Shown here in pieces: positions 1-12,344 of a stretch of 64,000 nt of DNA. This stretch comes from Malacoraja senta (lineage: Eukaryota), in assembly GCA_038087875.1 (NCBI GenBank), contig CM075978.1, positions 176,328,001 to 176,392,000 of the forward strand, given 5' to 3'. The notes under the pieces were generated by a model. The model did no database searches, had not been told where the DNA came from, and saw only the letters and a list, made by a program, of their open reading frames with translations. Numbering within the stretch: position 1 is the first letter of the stretch; every line of letters starts with the position of its first letter. Position numbers and translations under genes: made by a program.

Positions 1-1033
1 ATGCTTTGCATTCAATGACTGCTTGAAGTCTGCTTTTCATGGACATCATCAGTTGCTGGGTGTCTTCTCTGGTGATGCTCTGCCAGGCCTGTATTGCAGC
101 CATCTTTAGCTTATGCTTGTTAAGGGGGCTATTCCCCTTCAGTTTTATCTTCAGCATATAAAAGGCATGCTCAATTGGGTTCAGATCGGGTGATTGACTT
201 GGCCACTCAAGAATTGACAATTTTTTAGCTTTGAAAAACTTCTTTGTTGCTTTAGCATTAGGTTTGGAATCATTGTCTTGGCAAACTGTAACCTGGCCAT
301 CCTATTTTTGCGGCTAACTAGTGGTGTGCATCTTGCAGTATAGCCTCTGTATTTCTGTTCATGAAGTCTTCTGCGGACAGTGGTTATTGACAAATACACA
401 CCGGACTCCTAAAGAGAGTTTCTTATCTGTCGGACAGGTGTTTGGGGTTTTCCTTTATTATAGAGAGTATTCTGTCATCAGCTGTGGAGGTCTTCCTTGG
501 CTTACCAGTCCCTTTGCGATTAGTAAGCTCACCAGTGCTCTGTTTCTTCTTAATGATGTTCCAAACAGTTGATTTTGGTAAGCCTAAGGTTTGGCTGATG
601 TCTCTAATAGTTTTATTCTTGTTTCTCAGTCTCATAATTGCTTCTTTGACTTTCATTGGCACAACTTTGGTCCTCGTGTTGATAAACAACTATAAAAGTT
701 TCCAAAGGTGATGGAAAGACTAGGTGCTGCGAGCTCTCTTATACCTGCATTAAGGAGGCAATTAAGCACACCTGAGCAATAACATATGAAGTCATATTTC
801 CCAAACATTATGGTGCCCTGAAATGGGGGGGGGGGGGGGGGAGACTATGTATAAACACAGCTGTAATTTCTACATGGTGAAACCAAAATGTATGAAAATA
901 CCCTTTAATAAAATCTGATAATGTACACTTTAACCACATGTGATTTTTTTTTTTTTAATGACAAATCTCAAAATGTGGAGTACAGAGGCAAATAAATGAT
1001 GGGTCTTTGTTCCAAACATTATGGAGGGCACTG
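1..1033 (-). mobile_element. Tc1-like (IR/DR) DNA transposon, internally deleted, truncated by window start
   Basis: Minus-strand paired-domain fragment MKVKEAIMRL...STVWNIIKK...GKPRKT; terminus ...CATTATGGAGGGCACTG followed by TA at 1034-1035; same family as 27575-29117. Confidence 0.92.
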
Positions 1034-1640
1034 TAGCCTGTCCAATCCCTTAAGAATTTGATATGTTTCTCTAAGATCCCCTCTCATCCTAAATTCCTGT
1101 GAATATAAACTTAGTTGATCCATTCTTTCATCATATGTTAGTCCCGCCATCCCGGGAATTAACCTGGTGAACCTACGCTGCACTCCCTCAAGAGCAAGAA
1201 TGTCCGTCCTCAAATTAGGAGACCAAAACTGCACACAATACTCCAGGTGTGGTCTCACCAGGGCCCTGTACAACTGCAATAGGACTTCCTTGCTCCTATA
1301 CAGCTGCTCCTCGACCTACGATGGGGTTACGTTCCAATAAACCCATCGAAAATATCGCATACAATGAGACCACGTGATTGGAAGTGACGTGCGGCTCGCT
1401 GCCGTTAACAAGCGTTTGCATCTTAAAGTCAAAATATCGTAAGTCAAAGCATCTGTACTCAAATTCTCTCGCTATGAAGGCCAATATGCCATTTGCTTTC
1501 TTCACTGCCTGCTGTACCTGCATGCTTATTTTCAGTGACCGATATACAAGGACACCCAAGACTCGTTTCACCTCCTCATTTCCTAATCTGACACCATTCG
1601 GATAATAATCTGCCGCCTTGTTTTTGCCACCAAAGTAGAT
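1034..1640 (-). mobile_element. CR1 LINE RT C-terminal fragment, interrupted by a MITE
   Basis: LYRALVRPHLEYCVQFWSP...LEGVQRRFTRLIPGM; similar to 54790-55230. Confidence 0.9.
1301..1455. mobile_element. Tigger/MER47-like MITE
   Basis: Ends CAGCTGCTCCTCGACCTACGAT...ATCGTAAGTCAAAGCATCTG with TA on both sides; removal restores the CR1 sequence. Confidence 0.85.
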
Positions 1641-2388
1641 CCAGTAAACCATTTTATATGCCCTCCATGAATTCATCCTCATTATCACTGCCAATTTGGT
1701 TTATCTAGTCAACATATTAGTCTCCCAAAATTATTGTACATGCACCCTCTAATTTCCTGACTTTGCTTTGGATTGCCATTACAGTTGCACAACTCTCCTG
1801 GCAAGGTATTTAGTTCTTGCTGGTTTGTAGCTCCATAAAACTAATTTTATTTAGTTGGAAAATCAAAGTTCTTTCTCTGTCTTTTTTTCTCCCATTCTTT
1901 AGAAATGCTCTGTCTTCTATTGACCCCCAATTTAAGTTTATTTCTAATTCCTAGCCTATAACTCCTGTGTGACTCTAAATCATATCTACACATTGGTCAA
2001 GGCTATTAAATTGTACCCATTTATTTCAATTTGGCATTAATTTATCTTGTATATTATTCATTTTGTATTGGCTAATATTTGACACTTGTTTCTCATTCCT
2101 ACTGCCCCACCTTAAATAATTAGGCAGATTATAATTATCTAGCTATGGTAACTAGCTCCTTCATCTTACTGACATCGAGGGAGAATTTGCAGACACCATG
2201 TTGGTAAATTCTCCATCTCCTTCCTGTACCCTGTCTCATCATTATTCAAAATCCGGCCCACCAAAGTGGTGTCCTCTGCAAACTTAGAGGGAACGGGAGC
2301 CAAATTTGGCTCCTCAATTGTGAGTATTTAAGAAGTTTAGTAGGAGCTTGGTTAGTAAATTTGCAGATGACACAAAAAAAACCCTATA

Positions 2389-2526
2389 ATTCGGCCCTTC
2401 AAGCCAGCACCGTTCAATATGATCATGGCTGATCATCCAAAATCAGTACTTCGTTCCTGCTTTCTCCCCATATCCCTTGATTCCATTAGCCTGAAGAGCT
2501 ATATCTAACTCTCTCTTGAATACATC
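2389..2526 (-). mobile_element. CR1 3' end fragment
   Basis: Reverse complement of the ...GATGATCAGCCATGATCATATTGAA... CR1 3' UTR seen at 55400-55540 and 62640-62780. Confidence 0.8.
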
Positions 2527-3039
2527 AAGAATACATTAAATACATGTCGTATTGCACTGTGACTCTAATGTGCCTTGGAACTGCCAAAAAAGTTTGCTTT
2601 TCTTATGGTGGCTGCTGGAAGTACTGTTAAAACTATAAGCAGTCCTTAAAGCTGCTCGGATAATCAATAAAATCTTGGATGGTCTTCTAAAATGGTCTTG
2701 GTTACCCACTTATTCAGATAATCTTTTGTTGCTTTAATGTCCTTGAATATTTTGCATTCAGTCCAAGCAGTCCTCTGGGTTAGGGAATTCAAACCATTCA
2801 GTCTTTTAAGAAATGCAAATTTACCCCATCCTGGTCCTAAATGCAATTCTGAGATGGATCTCTTAGTATTTTGCCCGCAGAAAGGAATAATGGGCCCTGA
2901 TCATTATTCCCTCTGAATTTTATGGTTTGCTTCATAAACTCCAGGTAAGTCATCTGATATGATAGCCAATTTATCCCAGCAATCAATCTAGTAAACCTTT
3001 GTTGCATTTTCTCCATCTTGTCTAATGAGACCAAAAGAA

Positions 3040-3848
3040 TGGCACAAGGATGCAGCTAGTAGAGCTGCTGCCATTTAGCTCCAACAACCCAGGTCTGATC
3101 CCGACCTGGTGGTGTTTGTGTGGAATTTCCACGCTCTTTGTATGACTACGTGGGGTTCCTCTGGGTGCTCCAGTTTCTGCTCACACCGCAAAGGTCCATC
3201 TTAACCTATACCTATACATTGGCGAGACCAAGCGCAGGCTAGGCGATCGTTTCGCTGACCACCTCTGCTCAGTCTGCCTTAACCTACCTGATCTCCCAGT
3301 TACTCAGCACTTTAACTTCCCCTCCCATTCCCAATCTGACCTTTCAGTCCTGGGCCACCTCCATTGTCGGAGTGAGGCCCAGCACAAATTGGAGAAACAG
3401 CACCTCATATTTGCTTGGGTAGTTTACAATTCAGCGGTATGAACATTGACCTCTAACTTCAAATAGCCCTGGCTTTCCCTCTCTCTCCACCCCCTCCCCC
3501 TTCCCAGTTCTCCCACCAGTCTTACTACATTCTATCTCTGTACCACCCACTCCCCTCACATCAGTTTGAAGAAGGGTCTTGACCTGAAGCGTCACCCATT
3601 CTCTCCAGAGGTGCTGCCTGTCCCACTAAGCTACTCCAGCATTTTGTGTCCACCTTCCAAAGGTATGTGGATTGATAGGTTAAATTGGGCACTGTAAATT
3701 GTCTCCAATGTAGTTGTAGAATCTGTGGGGAGTTGATGGGTATGTGAGGAGAATAAAACAGGTTATGGTGGGATTAATGTAAATGCAGATCCTTAATGTT
3801 GCTATGGACTCTAGTCCGAATGGTTTGTTTCCATGCTGTCTCGCCCTA
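3040..3848 (+). mobile_element. HE1/V-SINE-like tRNA-derived SINE split by a Penelope-like insertion
   Basis: tRNA-like head and V-domain-like GGGTGCTCCAGTTTC...CAAAGGT, resuming at 3665 with a CR1-like tail. Confidence 0.7.
3196..3657 (+). mobile_element. Penelope-like element 3' fragment (GIY-YIG end plus pLTR)
   Basis: YIGETKRRLGDRFADHL motif; CAAAGGT duplication at 3189-3195 and 3658-3664. Confidence 0.85.
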
Positions 3849-4130
3849 TGAGAACTCCACATGTAGTCTCGCCAAGTTTCTAAATAATTAAAGCAAGATA
3901 TTCTGCGTCCGTTGTAATAAAGACTAGCATAAATATTATTTCTTATTTCTTGCAATAACTTCAAGTTAATTGTTTTATATATGTACTAAATTTCCAACCA
4001 CTGCATTTCAGTGTTTATTGGTGTGGCCATTCAAATCAAATATCCTACTTTGCATTCTTTGGAATAGATACATTTCACTTCTGCATCCAATTCTCATCTT
4101 GCCCAATGGCTTATCCAGGCTGTAGCTTTT

Positions 4131-4223
4131 GTAGACAAAAGTGCTGGAGAAACTCAGCGGGTGCAGCAGCATCTATGGAGCGAAGGAAATGGACAACGCT
4201 TCGGGCCGAAACCCTTCTTCAGA
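4131..4223 (-). mobile_element. Penelope-like terminal fragment
   Basis: GTAGACAAAAGTGCTGGAGAAACTCAGCGGG...CCCTTCTTCAG, reverse complement of the tail at 38910-39004. Confidence 0.75.
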
Positions 4224-5327
4224 GTTTCTTTGTAGTTTCTTTGTATCCTCTTCCAAGTTTACCTTGGATCATCAACAAATCTTGATACATTATGCTCTAT
4301 TCCTTTGTCTATGTTATTGATGCATCTTGGAAGGAGTTGAGACCCAGGCAAGTTCTACCAAAGTACTCCAAAGATTGTGCCCTGCTTTTTTAAAAACGAT
4401 TTGCTTATTCTGGTACTTTACCCAGTCTGCCAACCAATGCTAATAGATCAGAAATGGTTGACCACGTTTGATTGTATCATTTTGGGTGTCCTAAAAATGT
4501 GAAAGCAGCTCAAGTAATTTGGCAGGGTTCAAGGAACATTTTCCATACGGTTTCAACAGATTCCTGGATCTCAGTTTTAAAACGGCAAATTTAATTTACG
4601 CTGACATCTGTTACTTTCAAAAGCGAATGAATGTTGTCATTCATTGCACAGAACCACTGAAACTAGCATTTAAGGGTGTTATGAGCAAATATTTCCAACA
4701 GCTTAACTGCTTGGATCTCATGGCAGGGAAAATGCAGAAACAGTTTTCAAACTTACTGTACTATCCCATCGTATGGTGATTGATAGGGTAACACATTGTG
4801 TAGCAGTTTTTTACCTTCAAAGAAATTCTATTTGCTTCTAGGGGACATATATTTTTATTTGACGGTACATTGCATCCCAACCCACTTTTTAATTGAATAT
4901 CTTTCTTTGCACATATGTTCCTATGAGAAAGATCTAATAAAATCAGACAAATTTAATCATGTGAATTTTTATTTTTACTGTGAGGTATAGTAGTCAGAAT
5001 ATGGATGTAACCGCGAGATATATTCGCAAATTTTTGTATGCTCAAATTTTTCATAATGGATTTGATGTTAGCTGTTATACATAACTTAGACAACTTGATG
5101 TACAGTTCTCCTCAGAGTAATTGACTTTGTAGTTCAAACATCACGTTAGTTTTCTAAGCTAACCTGGTTAGAGAGAGAGAGCCAGAGAGGTTTCAGGCCA
5201 GAGAGAGAAAATAATCATTAATTCCTTTTTTGATTTCTGCTCCAAGGAGTCAGGACAAAATGGTGCTGCTTTTGCTGTGAAATGTGCTGTACTGTTCTGT
5301 GCTCCGAACTGTCCTCACCAATTTAAT

Positions 5328-5550
5328 ATGTGTAGGAAGGGACTGCGGATGCTAGTTTACACCGAAGATACGGACACAATGCTGGAGTAACTCAGCGGGT
5401 TGGCAGCATCTTTGGAGAAAACGAAAAGATGACATTTCGGGTTGAGACCCTTCTTCAGACCGAAGAAGCGTCTCAACCCGAAACATCACCCATTCCCTTT
5501 CTCCAGAGATGCTGCCAGATCCGCTGAGTTATTCAACATTTCGTTTCTGT
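5328..5550. mobile_element. Fold-back Penelope-derived insertion
   Basis: Inverted arms centred near 5459; 14-bp TSD CTCA(C/T)CAATTTAAT at 5314-5327 and 5551-5564. Confidence 0.8.
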
Positions 5551-6109
5551 CTCATCAATTTAATCTTCATCTATCTTCAATGAATTCTGCAGCATTCCCT
5601 GAAAAGTATTCTCGTTAAGATGCAGTGCTTTTTTTCTTCCTTTCATCCCAAATATAAATCTGACGGATTGTGTGAGAACCACATACAAGCAAACCTACCT
5701 TCAAGTGAATCTGAATTATTTTTGTTGCCAGTTTCCACAATGATGTTTATTGCATATACAATTTTCAGAGTTGGATTATAATTTACTGTTTTATAATGGT
5801 GTTAGTCAGAGTTGACTGTACAAGAATAAGAATGCAAAACAAAAGATGATAAAGGAATTCCTTTTCCCCCAAACGCTGGCTGTAGAGCTCATAACTCGCT
5901 TTGCCTTTTATCAAGAGAAACTAGATAATTCTGCAATATTCAGTAAATATATTGGGAGTTTTGCTGGGCTCGGTGGTAAGTTAACAGTGCAAAGCTGAGG
6001 TTTGAAGTTATTTTGTGCAGTGAGGTTCATCCAGACTTATCCAAATAAGTTGACCATAAGTACTATGGTGTATAAAATTTTCAAAAACATTGAATTCTCC
6101 AATTTTAGG

Positions 6110-6455
6110 TAACTGCATAAAACCCTACCAGCCCCCCATTTCCTCCTGTGCACAACTGGGAATTGCACCTTCCACCTACATTCCTTTCTCTAGCCTCATA
6201 ATTTGCAACTCTTCATACTTTTTGTGTCTCACCTGTTTTTTTCCCATCTCTACCCTTTGTCCTGAATCTGCCTATCAATCCCCCCCCCCTCACCTGTATT
6301 GACCTATTACCTGCCAAGCCTTGTCCCGCACCTCCTCTCCCAGCTTTCTATCCCCCCCCCCCTCCCCTAAAGTCCAGGCCCTAATCACTACCCATCCATG
6401 TTCTCCAGGGATGCTGCCAGACCCGCTGAGTTACTCCAGCACTTTGTCTTTTTTT
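6110..6455 (+). mobile_element. Penelope-tail-bearing non-autonomous repeat fragment
   Basis: Ends ...GATGCTGCCAGACCCGCTGAGTTACTCCAGCACTTTGTC; boundaries approximate. Confidence 0.6.
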
Positions 6456-6552
6456 AAAACTATTGTGTATGAGCTGTTTGAATGTTTATTACTTGGGTAC
6501 ATTTAGGCTGTCTTGAATTATTCTAACCGTTTTCCAAAAACTATTATTGCAG

Positions 6553-6651
6553 ACGCAGTTTCTGATTCAGGAGTGCGTGTCGCTGATTACCAAGCCAAAC
6601 TTTATCTCGACGCTGTGTTACGCCATTGACAATCCATTGCACTATCAGAAG
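6553..6651 (+). CDS. CNOT1: CNOT1 exon (human exon 4 equivalent), [33 protein letters not shown]
   Basis: ttgcag|ACG...AAG|gtaggc; 99 nt, phase 0/0. Confidence 0.96.
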
Positions 6652-7329
6652 GTAGGCACTGGTTACAACTGAGTACTATACTTTGGGATGTGTTGATTTG
6701 AATCTCTCATGCCTGTAAATGAAAAATGTCTTATCAATGTACTTTGAAAGTTGTAGAATGGAGTGTTTATTAGGAGTTAAAATGTCATTGAATTTTACTT
6801 GCTGCATTGAATTCAACACTGTTCATTAGTAGAATGAAAATGGATTTTCATTAAACTTGCTAGTTTAAGTTTGATTTTCTTGAGGTATTTTTTGCAAATT
6901 ATGGATTTATTGTTTTATCCAAGAATTGTCTTTAATATTCATGCCTCATTACAGTGGATTCCATTGTGGTTGTCACCAGATATCACATGTCTGTGCTTGT
7001 TGGTCCTTTTCTATATTCCAGGAAAGGTGTTGTAATAGCTGCACACTGCCTGTCTTGTAGTTTCTCATTGTCTCTAAAACTTCACTTTTCTGCATCCTTA
7101 TGCATTCTGTCACCTTGTGTGGCTTTGCCTCATTCTTGCTGAGTTGGAGTTGTCTTTATTTGAGTTATAGCTTCACATCCTGATTTCACTTGTTATGGTT
7201 ATTACCAATGCATTATTCAAAATTATTGGTGAGTAGAGCGATTCTGTCTGATATCTCTGATATTGGTAACTCTTGTAAGATTTATTCTGATGGGTGTATA
7301 AATCTGTAACTGAAGCGGTAACTTGAAAC

Positions 7330-9030
7330 AAATCATTGGTATTCATTTATGTCCAGTATGGCACCCTTGCAAGTCATGCTTTCAGAATGAGAGAATGCCG
7401 GTGTTTGAAATTATTTGCAGGAGTTCAGGAATTCCGTTTGAACTATCTTTATGGTATGTTGGCATTCATAGTAAATGGATTTGAATACACGTACAGTTAT
7501 GCAAAGCCTTGTCGAGATCACACTTGGAATATTGAATGTAGTTTTGATCTTGCCTAAAAATGAACATTTACCAAGTGCTAGAAGAATTGATGGCGATCTA
7601 ATTGAAGGTAAGAAAACTATGACAGGCATAGGCAGTCTGTCTGAGGAAAAAATTTCCTCTGGCAGAGATGAATAGAACATGGTGCCAGAATCTCTGGTTA
7701 TATTGCAAGAGATTTGGATTGATGTGATCCTGTGGAATTTGCAACTGCACGGGGTTGTAGAAAGAGGTTGACATTTCAACACATCATCAAATGGTATAGG
7801 GAAAGAGGGGACATTGGGGAAAGTCACAATCATATTGAATGGCGAAATAGCTCAAAGGGAAGAATGATCTCCTTTTTACTGTTTCTGAAATGATGCCTAA
7901 GTCACATTCTTGTGCCAGGTGTGAATATGAAAAAAATAACTCCTGTTGCAGATGTTGGGTCAGTCAAAGCTTTGGTTGAATTCGAAGAGATGGATTTATG
8001 AAATGGAAGCCATGTTTGACATGTTTTAGAGTTCTTTAAATTTTATCTGGGAGAATTGATGTGGGGAGGGTGGGGGACTAGGTGTTGTGGTATACGTATG
8101 TTTTTGGAAGGTTTTTCGATAAAATGCCATATGTTGAATTAGATTTAGAGCTCATATACAAAAGTTAAAAGGTTTAAAGTTGTTACTGATTTTTTTTAAG
8201 TAAGATTAATTGTATCTTGGGTTGGCAGACAGAGACTGGTAGGATGTCACAGAGATTGTTGCATTGACCCTGACTATTTAGAGTCAACATTAATTTGGTT
8301 GGGGAACCAAATGTTACATTTCCACGTGCTGACGAGTAGCGATATGGCAGTTTGAACACGGTATGGATGAATGCGCAGCAAGGTGATTCAGTGGAAGAAA
8401 CATATCTGAGTATTTTTTAAGGTTGGGAAATGTTGATTATTCAAATGGGGCTGGTTGTCTTTGTTAGCTTTCAGTGACTTACGCACATGCGTGAATGGCT
8501 GGTGATTTGGAAATGGTATGGTAATAGTACAAATGGTATGTTATCGTTCATTGCTATAGGATCTGGGTAGAATAATAAGTTGTCTATGCTGGTTACATAT
8601 GGCCTTGATCAGTTAACATCTGACATTTTCTGATGGATATATTTGGTTTAGAGGGGAAAAAAAAAAATCACCAGACTAATTCTTTGGATTATTTGTAAGG
8701 CTCGGATCTTCTGGAATTTAAAATGAGAGGAGTCCTCATTGCGATGTACTGCGTACTTAGATGGACTGGACAGTGTAGATGCAAGGAGAATGTTTCCCTT
8801 CGCAAAGGAATCCAAAAGTAGCAAATGGGGGAAGACATAGAAATCACAGTTCAAAGTAAGGAGTAGACTGAAATTGGATTGAAATAGAGATTTCTTGTTT
8901 TAGAGGGAGATGAATCATTGTTCTCTAGCGTTGAGGCCTATAGACACCCTGTCATTGATATTATTTAAAGCTGAGATTGATAGACATCTAGATATCTGAA
9001 GAATCAAGGGAAAGGGTTTTGTCCTACATC
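7330..9030 (+). mobile_element. Old, degenerate CR1 LINE fragments
   Basis: Decayed RT-end and 3' UTR motifs (GGTATGTTGGCATTCAT, CACACTTGGAATATTG, ATCATATTGAATGGCG); boundaries approximate. Confidence 0.55.
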
Positions 9031-9155
9031 TTGAAGCTTTCCATTTTCCATTTGCTGATTCAGATGTAATTTCCATTGGATTTTGTTTTGAAATTTCTAA
9101 TTTATGTTTAAATGTCTTATCCTATACAACCCAAGTTTCTATTTCTACTTTACAG

Positions 9156-9224
9156 AGTCTGAAACCTTCACCCCACCTGTTTACTCAACTTAGTAAAGTG
9201 CTCAAGTTAAGCAAAGTCCAAGAG
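9156..9224 (+). CDS. CNOT1: CNOT1 exon (ex5 eq.), [23 protein letters not shown]
   Basis: tttacag|AGT...GAG|gtaaga; 69 nt. Confidence 0.96.
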
Positions 9225-9341
9225 GTAAGATAATATGGTAATATATTGGTGTTCTGCAGGCTTGAACCTTGCTTCTCTCCGATTAAAATTTATTCCCACC
9301 ACAGAGAGTTCTGGTTTGATTTATGGACTACTGTGTTTCAG

Positions 9342-9396
9342 GTTATCTTAGGCCTCGCCTTGCTGAATTCTTCTAGCTCAGATCTGCGAGCGTTTG
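9342..9396 (+). CDS. CNOT1: CNOT1 exon (ex6 eq.), VILGLALLNSSSSDLRAF(A)
   Basis: tttcag|GTT...TTTG|gtgagt; 55 nt, phase 0/1. Confidence 0.96.
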
Positions 9397-10011
9397 GTGA
9401 GTGTTTTGTTTATGTAACATATTTTCAACCTGTGATTGAAAGCTTAAAAAAGAATAATTATATTTGTTGTACAGATAGTTTTCTCCTGAACTTCAATGGT
9501 TTAATGGTTCTGGATTATTGGGTTAATAACATTTATCTTTCCCACTTTCTCCTTCAGCTAAACTTAATAGTTTGATATAAAATATCAATCGCATAATGTT
9601 CATAGTGTGGAGCACATAGAACACGAATTGTCAGAATTGCTCAAATGCTTGAAGTATATTGGAAATATTTGTTTAAAAACTACAACAGCAGTGCCATTTA
9701 GAAACTTAAAAGCAATGAAGTTGTATGGCAAGAACCAGTAGTTGAATAAACTTAATATAAGGCTCCCAGACAAAAAATGAACTTTCCTAAAGTGTTTGGT
9801 GCTTAGGATTGTTTGCTTACCTGCTTTTGAGTTAAACTTGACTGCTTTTGAGTTAACTCCAGTTTGGTCTGGTGAAATAACTTGGATATGCTCAGTTGTA
9901 GGATGGCAATATGACGAGTTGTCTGTTACGCTTACAGTAGATAAAGTGGAAAGAATCACTTGAAGCTGGTGATTTTGGTCGGTCTAATTTAGTGCTATTG
10001 TCAATGATTGG

Positions 10012-10255
10012 TGTAAGGAGTCCAGACTCACACAGGTTGAAGCACAAGCATCTTTATTGTTCAGGTCATTAACAACTAAGCAGGTCATCACACATTCACA
10101 CTGCTACTCTGACTGGTAGACAGTGGGTTGGATCGTACACTATGAATGTTATAATTAGGCGGGGTTATAATTACTAAGCATTTTAATTGGCTAACATGCT
10201 ATAGCCAATCTACATCTCTTCTATAAATGAAATGTGGTTAAAGCTAACTTTAACA
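10012..10255 (-). mobile_element. Possible short solo LTR
   Basis: TG...CA ends; on the minus strand CCAAT, GC box, TATA-like and AATAAA in LTR order; no TSD found. Confidence 0.4.
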
Positions 10256-11000
10256 GTATTTTCAGTACTCTTCATTGCATATTCCAGTTATAAAAAAATC
10301 TCTTCCCAGTTCCTTAGTGCTGTTTATATTTGGACCAATTTTAGAAACATTTCTCGTTGATGGTTGCAAGTTTAAAATTATCTGTGGATGATCATTCAGT
10401 TTGCCACTAATACCAGATTCTGTATTAAATGACTTTAATTGATATAAGTTTTTATTAGATTATTATAAATAAATTTCAAAATTAAATGCTGAGTCAGCTT
10501 TCTATTTAATGTTTAAGAAATTAATGTTAATAAGTCATAGCAAGATCTTTATGTGTATTTGATTCAGCAAGAGAGCAGCAGTACTTTGTAAAAAACCCAT
10601 CTAAAACAAAATGTTTTCATTGGTGTTTATATGATATATGAAATATATGATATCTATATGCATATGATATCTGTTTCCTTGAGTTACAAATGGGTTTAAT
10701 TGCCCTCCCTGCTACCCCTACTAAGTGTTTTATTCTTTACCAGCTCAGAATTTGCAGGCTGGATGTAATATGCCCTGTTCTGGAATGTTGCATTAATTTG
10801 GAGCTTCCAAATAAGTACCATTGTATATGCATTATCTTTCCTTTTGTTTTGTCCATTCTTCTCCTACTGGAAGATTCAACAAAGTCAGTAGTGATCTGAG
10901 AATTTGCAGGGCTGAAGTTCTCTGTACCTGCTGGTCTAACTATTGAGGCAAAATGTAGGTTACTTTTGCTGCTGTGTTAAACCCCTCTCTCCAATTTCAG

Positions 11001-11204
11001 CTCTCCAATTTGTGAAACAGAAGCTTCCTGATCTTCTGCGATCCTACATTGACGCAGACGTGAGTGGGAACCAAGAAGGTGGCTTTCAGGATATTGCAAT
11101 AGAAGTCCTGCACCTGCTCCTGTCCCATCTTCTTTTTGGGCAAAAAGGAGCATTTGGTGTTGGACAGGAACAGATTGACGCTTTCCTTAAGACATTGTGC
11201 AGAG
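11001..11204 (+). CDS. CNOT1: CNOT1 exon (ex7 eq.), (A)[17 protein letters not shown]...FLKTLCR(D)
   Basis: tttcag|CT...AGAG|gtaagt; 204 nt, phase 1/1; within ORF 10943..11212. Confidence 0.97.
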
Positions 11205-12175
11205 GTAAGTAAAGCACAGTTGAATGACCCTCTGCACCCGTAGGGGTGAGACTGTGCTATGCCAGAATGGGAAATTGTGGGTAGTTAGAATCAGTTATAT
11301 GCCCTTGTTTTCGCAGCTGATGTGAGGACTAATTTGTTTTTGTTGTTGTAGGGTTTATAGAAGCTTGAGTGAATCTGAAAAAGAGTGATTGTTGAATAAT
11401 TCTTGATGTTATATCAAATCTTATCAAATATTTAGGTTTGGGGGATTACTGCTAAGGTTGGCATTTGTTGTCCATTCACATTTTCCCAGGAAACCTTTTC
11501 TTTAAACCATGGTATTCTATGGAGCGAAGGTGCTTGCATTAATATTCTGAACTCTAATATTATAGTAGAAAAGCACAAAACTTGCACAAAAAAAAGGGTC
11601 ATGAAATCATTTGGAACTTATTGAATCCTGTAAACCTATTTCCGAAAATGGTTTAAAGCCATTTCAAGGGGAGTTTGGGAATGGGGGGGGGGGGGGGGAA
11701 GGAGGTCCTTGGTTATTAGTTGAATCATGTATAATGATTAGTAACATCTGAGGCATTTTCATGTGCTTTGGTCACCAACTGATACCTTGTTCAAATGGGG
11801 TTTCCTATGTGTACAGAATAGGGAAGAATATAAGTTTGGGTTTAATTTACTTGATCCCTGTTACAAAACTATAATGTACTTATGCACCCTCACACTTTGG
11901 ATCAGTATCGAATGGCAAGGGCACTCTATGCTGGGGAAGAGGTAATTGAGAGTGATACCTGGAGCTTCTCTGACAATAACTTGATTGTGGTTGTCCAAAT
12001 GCGGGTAGGCAGACAAAAAGTGCTTAGATGTTCAATGTTTGTTGGGAATTGTTTTTAAGATACTTTTCAGATGAATACTAATTATTTAGTGGGATCTCAA
12101 TAGTCCAATTGATTTCTTTCAGTCAATACTTCTAAGTTACTACTTTCTTGATACATTATACTTTTTTTGTACCAG

Positions 12176-12344
12176 ATTTTCCGCAAGAGCGTTGTCCTGT
12201 GGTGCTTGCACCACTGCTATATCCTGAAAAACGGGACATTCTGATGGATAGGATTCTGTCTGATTCGGGAGGGATAGTGAAAACGACGATGGACAGCTCG
12301 CTAGCAGATTTTATGCAAGAAGTAGGCTACGGCTTTTGTACAAG
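12176..12344 (+). CDS. CNOT1: CNOT1 exon (ex8 eq.), (D)[18 protein letters not shown]...EVGYGFCT(S)
   Basis: taccag|AT...ACAAG|gtatgt; 169 nt, phase 1/2. Confidence 0.97.

Noticed and set aside
825-842. Long G/C homopolymers here and at ~11683, 21844, 26051, 27761 and 45398 as G-quadruplex elements
   Set aside because: Single runs, mostly slippage expansions inside repeats; lengths are unreliable in assemblies.
9246-9341. ORF extension and cryptic acceptor (TTCTGCAG, 9259) upstream of the 55-nt exon
   Set aside because: It would leave a 35-nt intron and shift frame; the canonical acceptor matches the conserved protein.
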